A DNA stretch of 64,000 bases from Auanema rhodensis (Eukaryota > Animalia > Nematoda): contig OZ059894.1 of assembly GCA_964057225.1 (NCBI GenBank), positions 21,886,001 through 21,950,000 on the forward strand. The letters are read 5' to 3'. Positions 53,201 to 64,000 of the stretch are shown here, one piece after another (within the stretch, counting starts at the first letter, position 1; each line of letters begins with the position of its first letter). The notes under the pieces were generated by a model. It had not been told where the DNA came from. It searched no databases and saw only the letters and a list, made by a program, of their open reading frames with translations. Made by a program: the position numbers and the translations under genes.

Positions 53201-56200
53201 AACATACACTAATGCATCATTTTTCAAACGATCATAACTAATTTTTGTATCAAGCGTTTCTTGATGTAGTATAGTGCATTCGATGCGGATTTTTAAGCTG
53301 CGTCGATCTGTGTTATCAGATTTGCGCTAGCTTAAAAATGCACCGAGATATCAACTGATATAAGTTCACACTTATATCCTCGATTTTCACCCTGAAGAAT
53401 TAATTTTTTCGTTGAATAACATTGTCTATCGTCTTTGCCTTGAAAAATGGAATCTAAAAACATCTACTTTTTGCTAAATTATTTTGAAATTTTTCGAAAA
53501 AATTTTTGTCAAAATGTTTTTGGAAGCAATGTTGAGTGTACATGGAAACTCAACATACACTAATGCATCATTTTTCAAACGATCATAACTAATTTGTGTA
53601 TCAAGCTTTTCTTGATGTAGTATAGTGCATTCGATGCGGATTTTTAAGCTGCGTCGATCTGTGTTATCAGATTTGCGCTAGCTTAAAAATGCACCGAGAT
53701 ATCAACTGATATAAGTTCACACTTATATCCTCGATTTTCACCCTGAAGAATTAATTTTTTCGTTGAATAACATTGTCCATCGTCTTTGCCTTAAAAAAAG
53801 GAATCTAAAAACATCTACTTTTTGCTAAATTATTTTGAAATTTTTCGAAAAAATTTTTGTCAAAATGTTTTTGGAAGCAATGTTGAGTGTACATGGAAAC
53901 TCAACATACACTAATGCATCATTTTTCAAACGATCATAACTAATTTTTGTATCAAACGTTTCTCAATGTAGTATAGTGCATTCGATGCGGATTTTTAAGC
54001 TGCGTCGATCTGTGTTATCAGATTTGCGCTAGCTTAAAAATGCACCGAGATATCAACTGATATAAGTTCACACTTATATCCTCGATTTTCACCCTGAAGA
54101 ATTAATTTTTTCGTTGAATAACATTGTCCATCGTCTTTGCCTTAAAAAAAGGAATCTAAAAACATTTACTTTTTGCTAAATTATTTTGAAATTTTTCGAA
54201 AAAATTTTTGTCAAAATGTTTTTGGAAGCAATGTTGAGTGTACATGGAAACTCAACATACACTAATGCATCATTTTTCAAACGATCATAACTAATTTTTG
54301 TATCAAACGTTTCTCAATGTAGTATAGTGCATTCGATGCGGATTTTTAAGCTGCGTCGATCTGTGTTATCAGATTTGCGCTAGCTTAAAAATGCACCGAG
54401 ATATCAACTGATATAAGTTCACACTTATATCCTCGATTTTCACCCTGAAGAATTAATTTTTTCGTTGAATAACATTGTCCATCGTCTTTGCCTTGGAAAA
54501 AGGAATCTAAAAACATCTACTTTTTGCTGAATTATTCTGAAATTTTTCGAAAAAATTTTTGTCAAAATGTTTTTGGAAGCAATGTTGAGTGTACATGGAA
54601 ACTCAACATACACTAATGCATCATTTTTCAAACGATCATAACTAATTTTTGTATTAAGCGTTTCTCAATGTAGTATAGTGCATTCGATGCGGATTTTTAA
54701 GCTGCGTCGATCTGTGTTATCAGATTTGCGCTAGCTTAAAAATGCACCGAGATATCAACTGATATAAGTTTACACTTATATCCTCGATTTTCACCCTGAA
54801 GAATTAATTTTTTCGTTGAATAACATTGTCCATCGTCTTTGCCTTGAAAAAAAAAATCTAAAAACATCTACTTTTTGCTAAATTATTTTGAAATTTTTCG
54901 AAAAAATTTTTGTCAAAATGTTTTTGGAAGCAATGTTGAGTGTACATGCAAACTCAACATACACTAATGCATCATTTTTCAAACGATCATAACTAATTTT
55001 TGTATTAAGCGTTTCTCAATGTAGTATAGTGCATTCGATGCGGATTTTTAAGCTGCGTCGATCTGTGTTATCAGATTTGCGCTAGCTTAAAAATGCACCG
55101 AGATATCAACTGATATAAGTTCACACTTATATCCTCGATTTTCACCCTGAAGAATTAATTTTTTCGTTGAATAACATTGTCCATCGTCTTTGCCTTGGAA
55201 AAAGGAATCTAAAAACATCTACTTTTTGCTGAATTATTCTGAAATTTTTCGAAAAAATTTTTGTCAAAATGTTTTTGGAAGCAATGTTGAGTGTACATGG
55301 AAACTCAACATACACTAATGCATCATTTTTCAAACGATCATAACTAATTTTTGTATTAAGCGTTTCTCAATGTAGTATAGTGCATTCGATGCGGATTTTT
55401 AAGCTGCGTCGATCTGTGTTATCAGATTTGCGCTAGCTTAAAAATGCACCGAGATATCAACTGATATAAGTTTACACTTATATCCTCGATTTTCACCCTG
55501 AAGAATTAATTTTTTCGTTGAATAACATTGTCTATCGTCTTTGCCTTGAAAAAAAAAATCTAAAAACATCTACTTTTTGCTAAATTATTTTGAAATTTTT
55601 CGAAAAAATTTTTGTCAAAATGTTTTTGGAAGCAATGTTGAGTGTACATGGAAACTCAACATACACTAATGCATCATTTTTCAAACGATCATAACTAATT
55701 TTTGTATTAAGCGTTTCTCAATGTAGTATAGTGCATTCGATGCGGATTTTTAAGCTGCGTCGATCTGTGTTATCAGATTTGCGCTAGCTTAAAAATGCAC
55801 CGAGATATCAACTGATATAAGTTCACACTTATATCCTCGATTTTCACCCTGAAGAATTAATTTTTTCGTTGAATAACATTGTCCATCGTCTTTGCCTTAA
55901 AAAAAGGAATCTAAAAACATCTACTTTTTGCTAAATTATTTTGAAATTTTTCGAAAAAATTTTTGTCAAAATGTTTTTGGAAGCAATGTTGAGTGTACAT
56001 GGAAACTCAACATACACTAATGCATCATTTTTCAAACGATCATAACTAATTTTTGTATCAAGCGTTTCTTGATGTAGTATAGTGCATTCGATGCGGATTT
56101 TTAAGCTGCGTCGATCTGTGTTATCAGATTTGCGCTAGCTTAAAAATGCACCGAGATATCAACTGATATAAGTTCACACTTATATCCTCGATTTTCACCC

Positions 56201-59200
56201 TGAAGAATTAATTTTTTCGTTGAATAACATTGTCTATCGTCTTTGCCTTGAAAAATGGAATCTAAAAACATCTACTTTTTGCTAAATTATTTTGAAATTT
56301 TTCGAAAAAATTTTTGTCAAAATGTTTTTGGAAGCAATGTTGAGTGTACATGGAAACTCAACATACACTAATGCATCATTTTTCAAACGATCATAACTAA
56401 TTTGTGTATTAAGCGTTTCTTGATGTAGTATAGTGCATTCGATGCGGATTTTTAAGCTGCGTCGATCTGTGTTATCAGATTTGCGCTAGCTTAAAAATGC
56501 ACCGAGATATCAACTGATATAAGTTCACACTTATATCCTCGATTTTCACCCTGAAGAATTAATTTTTTCGTTGAATAACATTGTCCATCGTCTTTGCCTT
56601 GAAAAAAGGAATCTAAAAACATCTACTTTTTGCTAAATTATTTTGAAATTTTTCGAAAAATTTTTTGTCAAAATGTTTTTGGAAGCAATGTTGAGTGTAC
56701 ATGGAAACTCAACATACACTAATGCATCATTTTTCAAACGATCATAACTAATTTGTGTATTAAGCGTTTCTCAATGTAGTATAGTGCATTCGATGCGGAT
56801 TTTTAAGCTGCGTCGATCTGTGTTATCAGATTTGCGCTAGCTTAAAAATGCACCGAGATATCAACTGATATAAGTTCACACTTATATCCTCGATTTTCAC
56901 CCTGAAGAATTAATTTTTTCGTTGAATAACATTGTCCATCGTCTTTGCCTTAAAAAAAGGAATCTAAAAACATCTACTTTTTGCTAAATTATTTTGAAAT
57001 TTTTCGAAAAATTTTTTGTCAAAATGTTTTTGGAAGCAATGTTGAGTGTACATGGAAACTCAACATACACTAATGCATCATTTTTCAAACGATCATAACT
57101 AATTTTTGTATCAAGCGTTTCTTGATGTAGTATAGTGCATTCGATGCGGATTTTTAAGCTGCGTCGATCTGTGTTATCAGATTTGCGCTAGCTTAAAAAT
57201 GCACCGAGATATCAACTGATATAAGTTCACACTTATATCCTCGATTTTCACCCTGAAGAATTAATTTTTTCGTTGAATAACATTGTCTATCGTCTTTGCC
57301 TTGAAAAATGGAATCTAAAAACATCTACTTTTTGCTAAATTATTTTGAAATTTTTCGAAAAAATTTTTGTCAAAATGTTTTTGGAAGCAATGTTGAGTGT
57401 ACATGGAAACTCAACATACACTAATGCATCATTTTTCAAACGATCATAACTAATTTGTGTATTAAGCGTTTCTTGATGTAGTATAGTGCATTCGATGCGG
57501 ATTTTTAAGCTGCGTCGATCTGTGTTATCAGATTTGCGCTAGCTTAAAAATGCACCGAGATATCAACTGATATAAGTTCACACTTATATCCTCGATTTTC
57601 ACCCTGAAGAATTAATTTTTTCGTTGAATAACATTGTCCATCGTCTTTGCCTTGAAAAAAGGAATCTAAAAACATCTACTTTTTGCTAAATTATTTTGAA
57701 ATTTTTCGAAAAATTTTTTGTCAAAATGTTTTTGGAAGCAATGTTGAGTGTACATGGAAACTCAACATACACTAATGCATCATTTTTCAAACGATCATAA
57801 CTAATTTGTGTATTAAGCGTTTCTCAATGTAGTATAGTGCATTCGATGCGGATTTTTAAGCTGCGTCGATCTGTGTTATCAGATTTGCGCTAGCTTAAAA
57901 ATGCACCGAGATATCAACTGATATAAGTTCACACTTATATCCTCGATTTTCACCCTGAAGAATTAATTTTTTCGTTGAATAACATTGTCCATCGTCTTTG
58001 CCTTAAAAAAAGGAATCTAAAAACATCTACTTTTTGCTAAATTATTTTGAAATTTTTCGAAAAATTTTTTGTCAAAATGTTTTTGGAAGCAATGTTGAGT
58101 GTACATGGAAACTCAACATACACTAATGCATCATTTTTCAAACGATCATAACTAATTTTTGTATCAAACGTTTCTCAATGTAGTATAGTGCATTCGATGC
58201 GGATTTTTAAGCTGCGTCGATCTGTGTTATCAGATTTGCGCTAGCTTAAAAATGCACCGAGATATCAACTGATATAAGTTCACACTTATATCCTCGATTT
58301 TCACCCTGAAGAATTAATTTTTTCGTTGAATAACATTGTCCATCGTCTTTGCCTTGGAAAAAGGAATCTAAAAACATCTACTTTTTGCTGAATTATTCTG
58401 AAATTTTTCGAAAAAATTTTTGTCAAAATGTTTTTGGAAGCAATGTTGAGTGTACATGGAAACTCAACATACACTAATGCATCATTTTTCAAACGATCAT
58501 AACTAATTTTTGTATTAAGCGTTTCTCAATGTAGTATAGTGCATTCGATGCGGATTTTTAAGCTGCGTCGATCTGTGTTATCAGATTTGCGCTAGCTTAA
58601 AAATGCACCGAGATATCAACTGATATAAGTTTACACTTATATCCTCGATTTTCACCCTGAAGAATTAATTTTTTCGTTGAATAACATTGTCTATCGTCTT
58701 TGCCTTGAAAAATGGAATCTAAAAACATCTACTTTTTGCTAAATTATTTTGAAATTTTTCGAAAAAATTTTTGTCAAAATGTTTTTGGAAGCAATGTTGA
58801 GTGTACATGGAAACTCAACATACACTAATGCATCATTTTTCAAACGATCATAACTAATTTTTGTATCAAGCGTTTCTTGATGTAGTATAGTGCATTCGAT
58901 GCGGATTTTTAAGCTGCGTCGATCTGTGTTATCAGATTTGCGCTAGCTTAAAAATGCACCGAGATATCAACTGATATAAGTTCACACTTATATCCTCGAT
59001 TTTCACCCTGAAGAATTAATTTTTTCGTTGAATAACATTGTCCATCGTCTTTGCCTTAAAAAAAGGAATCTAAAAACATCTACTTTTTGCTAAATTATTT
59101 TGAAATTTTTCGAAAAAATTTTTGTCAAAATGTTTTTGGAAGCAATGTTGAGTGTACATGGAAACTCAACATACACTAATGCATCATTTTTCAAACGATC

Positions 59201-61773
59201 ATAACTAATTTTTGTATCAAACGTTTCTCAATGTAGTATAGTGCATTCGATGCGGATTTTTAAGCTGCGTCGATCTGTGTTATCAGATTTGCGCTAGCTT
59301 AAAAATGCACCGAGATATCAACTGATATAAGTTCACACTTATATCCTCGATTTTCACCCTGAAGAATTAATTTTTTCGTTGAATAACATTGTCCATCGTC
59401 TTTGCCTTGGAAAAAGGAATCTAAAAACATCTACTTTTTGCTGAATTATTCTGAAATTTTTCGAAAAAATTTTTGTCAAAATGTTTTTGGAAGCAATGTT
59501 GAGTGTACATGGAAACTCAACATACACTAATGCATCATTTTTCAAACGATCATAACTAATTTTTGTATTAAGCGTTTCTCAATGTAGTATAGTGCATTCG
59601 ATGCGGATTTTTAAGCTGCGTCGATCTGTGTTATCAGATTTGCGCTAGCTTAAAAATGCACCGAGATATCAACTGATATAAGTTTACACTTATATCCTCG
59701 ATTTTCACCCTGAAGAATTAATTTTTTCGTTGAATAACATTGTCCATCGTCTTTGCCTTGAAAAAAAAAATCTAAAAACATCTACTTTTTGCTAAATTAT
59801 TTTGAAATTTTTCGAAAAAATTTTTGTCAAAATGTTTTTGGAAGCAATGTTGAGTGTACATGCAAACTCAACATACACTAATGCATCATTTTTCAAACGA
59901 TCATAACTAATTTTTGTATTAAGCGTTTCTCAATGTAGTATAGTGCATTCGATGCGGATTTTTAAGCTGCGTCGATCTGTGTTATCAGATTTGCGCTAGC
60001 TTAAAAATGCACCGAGATATCAACTGATATAAGTTCACACTTATATCCTCGATTTTCACCCTGAAGAATTAATTTTTTCGTTGAATAACATTGTCCATCG
60101 TCTTTGCCTTGGAAAAAGGAATCTAAAAACATCTACTTTTTGCTGAATTATTCTGAAATTTTTCGAAAAAATTTTTGTCAAAATGTTTTTGGAAGCAATG
60201 TTGAGTGTACATGGAAACTCAACATACACTAATGCATCATTTTTCAAACGATCATAACTAATTTTTGTATTAAGCGTTTCTCAATGTAGTATAGTGCATT
60301 CGATGCGGATTTTTAAGCTGCGTCGATCTGTGTTATCAGATTTGCGCTAGCTTAAAAATGCACCGAGATATCAACTGATATAAGTTTACACTTATATCCT
60401 CGATTTTCACCCTGAAGAATTAATTTTTTCGTTGAATAACATTGTCTATCGTCTTTGCCTTGAAAAAAAAAATCTAAAAACATCTACTTTTTGCTAAATT
60501 ATTTTGAAATTTTTCGAAAAAATTTTTGTCAAAATGTTTTTGGAAGCAATGTTGAGTGTACATGGAAACTCAACATACACTAATGCATCATTTTTCAAAC
60601 GATCATAACTAATTTTTGTATTAAGCGTTTCTCAATGTAGTATAGTGCATTCGATGCGGATTTTTAAGCTGCGTCGATCTGTGTTATCAGATTTGCGCTA
60701 GCTTAAAAATGCACCGAGATATCAACTGATATAAGTTCACACTTATATCCTCGATTTTCACCCTGAAGAATTAATTTTTTCGTTGAATAACATTGTCCAT
60801 CGTCTTTGCCTTAAAAAAAGGAATCTAAAAACATCTACTTTTTGCTAAATTATTTTGAAATTTTTCGAAAAAATTTTTGTCAAAATGTTTTTGGAAGCAA
60901 TGTTGAGTGTACATGGAAACTCAACATACACTAATGCATCATTTTTCAAACGATCATAACTAATTTTTGTATCAAGCGTTTCTTGATGTAGTATAGTGCA
61001 TTCGATGCGGATTTTTAAGCTGCGTCGATCTGTGTTATCAGATTTGCGCTAGCTTAAAAATGCACCGAGATATCAACTGATATAAGTTCACACTTATATC
61101 CTCGATTTTCACCCTGAAGAATTAATTTTTTCGTTGAATAACATTGTCTATCGTCTTTGCCTTGAAAAATGGAATCTAAAAACATCTACTTTTTGCTAAA
61201 TTATTTTGAAATTTTTCGAAAAAATTTTTGTCAAAATGTTTTTGGAAGCAATGTTGAGTGTACATGGAAACTCAACATACACTAATGCATCATTTTTCAA
61301 ACGATCATAACTAATTTGTGTATTAAGCGTTTCTTGATGTAGTATAGTGCATTCGATGCGGATTTTTAAGCTGCGTCGATCTGTGTTATCAGATTTGCGC
61401 TAGCTTAAAAATGCACCGAGATATCAACTGATATAAGTTCACACTTATATCCTCGATTTTCACCCTGAAGAATTAATTTTTTCGTTGAATAACATTGTCC
61501 ATCGTCTTTGCCTTGAAAAAAGGAATCTAAAAACATCTACTTTTTGCTAAATTATTTTGAAATTTTTCGAAAAATTTTTTGTCAAAATGTTTTTGGAAGC
61601 AATGTTGAGTGTACATGGAAACTCAACATACACTAATGCATCATTTTTCAAACGATCATAACTAATTTTTGTATCAAGCGTTTCTTGATGTAGTATAGTG
61701 CATTCGATGCGGATTTTTAAGCTGCGTCGATCTGTGTTATCAGATTTGCGCTAGCTTAAAAATGCACCGAGAT
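44224..61773 (+). repeat. Satellite sub-domain with its own variant set
   Basis: GCCTTGGAAAAAGG+GCTGAATTATTCTG, TATCAAAC, AAGTTTAC, CATGCAAAC and the long A run after CCTTG first appear here. No length-variant monomers were detected by register checks. Confidence 0.85.
54052..61600 (+). repeat. ~8-monomer block (54052-~56700) repeated 4914 bp (14 monomers) downstream (58966-~61600)
   Basis: Same haplotype order in both blocks. The ORF pair 54440/55142 recurs at 59354/60056. Confidence 0.85.
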
Positions 61774-64000
61774 ATCAACTGATATAAGTTCACACTTATA
61801 TCCTCGATTTTCACCCTGAAGAATTAATTTTTTCGTTGAATAACATTGTCCATCGTCTTTGCCTTAAAAAAAGGAATCTAAAAACATCTACTTTTTGCTA
61901 AATTATTTTGAAATTTTTCGAAAAAATTTTTGTCAAAATGTTTTTGGAAGCAATGTTGAGTGTACATGGAAACTCAACATACACTAATGCATCATTTTTC
62001 AAACGAACATAACTAATTTTTTTATCAAGCGTTTCTCAATGTAGTATAGTGCATTCGATGCGGATTTTTAAGCTGCGTCGATCTGTGTTATCAGATTTGC
62101 GCTAGCTTAAAAATGCACCGAGATATCAACTGATGTAAGTTCACACTTATATCTTCGATTTTCACCCTGAAGAATTAATTTTTTCGTTGAATAACATTGT
62201 CTATCGTCTTTGCCTTGAAAAATGGAATCTAAAAACATCTACTTTTTGCTAAATTATTTTGAAATTTTTCGAAAAAATTTTTGTCAAAATGTTTTTGGAA
62301 GCAATGTTGAGTGTACATGGAAACTCAACATACACTAATGCATCATTTTTCAAACGATCATAACTAATTTTTGTATCAAGCGTTTCTTGATGTAGTATAG
62401 TGCATTCGATGCGGATTTTTAAGCTGCGTCGATCTGTGTTATCAGATTTGCGCTAGCTTAAAAATGCACCGAGATATCAACTGATATAAGTTCACACTTA
62501 TATCCTCGATTTTCACCCTGAAGAATTAATTTTTTCGTTGAATAACATTGTCCATCGTCTTTGCCTTAAAAAAAGGAATCTAAAAACATCTACTTTTTGC
62601 TAAATTATTTTGAAATTTTTCGAAAAAATTTTTGTCAAAATGTTTTTGGAAGCAATGTTGAGTGTACATGGAAACTCAACATACACTAATGCATCATTTT
62701 TCAAACAAACATAACTAATTTTTTTATCAAGCGTTTCTCAATGTAGTATAGTGCATTCGATGCGGATTTTTAAGCTGCGTCGATCTGTGTTATCAGATTT
62801 GCGCTAGCTTAAAAATGCACCGAGATATCAACTGATATAAGTTCACACTTATATCCTCGATTTTCACCCTGAAGAATTAATTTTTTCGTTGAATAACATT
62901 GTCCATCGTCTTTGCCTTAAAAACAGGAATCTAAAAACATCTACTTTTTGCTAAATTATTTATAAATTTTTCGAAAAAATTTTTGTCAAAATGTTTTTGG
63001 AAGCAATGTTGAGTGTACATGGAAACTCAACATACACTAATGCATCATTTTTCAAACGATCAAAACTAATTTTTGTATTAAGCGTTTCTCAATGTAGTAT
63101 AGTGCATTCGATGCGGATTTTTAAGCTGCGTCGATCTGTGTTATCAGATTTGCGCTAGCTTAAAAATGCACCGAGATATCAACTGATGTAAGTTCACACT
63201 TATATCTTCGATTTTCACCCTGAAGAATTAATTTTTTCGTTGAATAACATTGTCCATCGTCTTTGCCTTGAAAAAAGGAATCTAAAAACATCTACTTTTT
63301 GCTAAATTATTTTGAAATTTTTCGAAAAAATTTTTGTCAAAATGTTTTTGGAAGCAATGTTGAGTGTACATGGAAACTCAACATACACTAATGCATCATT
63401 TTTCAAACGATCATAACTAATTTTTGTATCAAACGTTTCTCAATGTAGTATAGTGCATTCAATGCGGATTTTTAAGCTGCGTCGATCTGTGTTATCAGAT
63501 TTGCGCTAGCTTAAAAATGCACCGAGATATCAACTGATATAAGTTCACACTTATATCCTCGATTTTCACCCTGAAGAATTAATTTTTTCGTTGAATAAAA
63601 TTGTCCATCGTCTTTGCCTTAAAAACAGGAATCTAAAAACATCTACTTTTTGCTAAATTATTTTGAAATTTTTCGAAAAAATTTTTGTCAAAATGTTTTT
63701 GGAAGCAATGTTGAGTGTACATGGAAACTCAACATACACTAATGCATCATTTTTCAAACGATCATAACTAATTTTTGTATTAAGCGTTTCTCAATGTAGT
63801 ATAAGGCATTCGATGCGGATTTTTAAGCTGCGTCGATCTGTGTTATCAGATTTGCGCTAGCTTAAAAATGCACCGAGATATCAACTGATATAAGTTCACA
63901 CTTATATCCTCGATTTTCACCCTGAAGAATTAATTTTTTCGTTGAATAACATTGTCTATCGTCTTTGCCTTGAAAAATGGAATCTAAAAACATCTACTTT

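Larger units (their letters stand above)
1..64000 (+). repeat. Tandem satellite DNA array, 351-bp AT-rich monomer, ~182.3 copies, head-to-tail
   Basis: ATCAACTGATATAAGTTCACAC recurs at 1, 352, 703 and onward. It is in exact 351 register at 7021, 14041, 21061 and 42121, and offset by -3 from 43171 to the last start at 63880. No non-satellite sequence seen. Consensus GC is about 111/351 (32%) by hand count. Confidence 0.99.

Noticed and set aside
45314-60247. Ten 63-aa minus-strand ORFs (MKNDALVY...)
   Set aside because: They start at TTG, not ATG. They exist only where the GCTAAA>GCTGAA variant removes a TAG stop. They are satellite by-products.
1-64000. Giant repetitive protein gene (351 bp = 117 codons)
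   Set aside because: The ORF track shows no frame open across even one monomer, and frameshifting indels are tolerated.
1-64000. CRISPR array or variable-cassette system
   Set aside because: There are no unique spacers. The variable parts are a few point alleles, and no cas, recombinase or reverse transcriptase genes are present.

Overview
The whole 64 kb window is one uninterrupted head-to-tail tandem satellite DNA array with a 351-bp monomer. It holds 182 complete monomers plus a 121-bp partial copy, all on the same strand. The monomer is about 68% AT by hand count of the consensus, and copies differ at only a few positions. I found no genes, RNA genes, transposon insertions, CRISPR spacers or inversions. 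The 17 listed ORFs are by-products of satellite variants. The pattern fits eukaryotic (peri)centromeric or heterochromatic satellite DNA. CpG is not depleted, which hints at a low-methylation host such as an insect, but I cannot name the family or species. The interesting content is structural. (i) The monomer is packed with dyad symmetries, including two clean palindromes 175 bp apart (half a monomer) and two mutually exclusive hairpins, one with only + strand G.U wobbles. (ii) Variants form spatial domains with local 3-, 6-, 7-, 14- and 15-monomer duplications. (iii) Seven +1 and seven -1 indel monomers cancel exactly. (iv) A five-monomer haplotype string recurs 90 monomers apart, bracketing an apparently younger expansion. 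I see no evidence of a protein-coding system.
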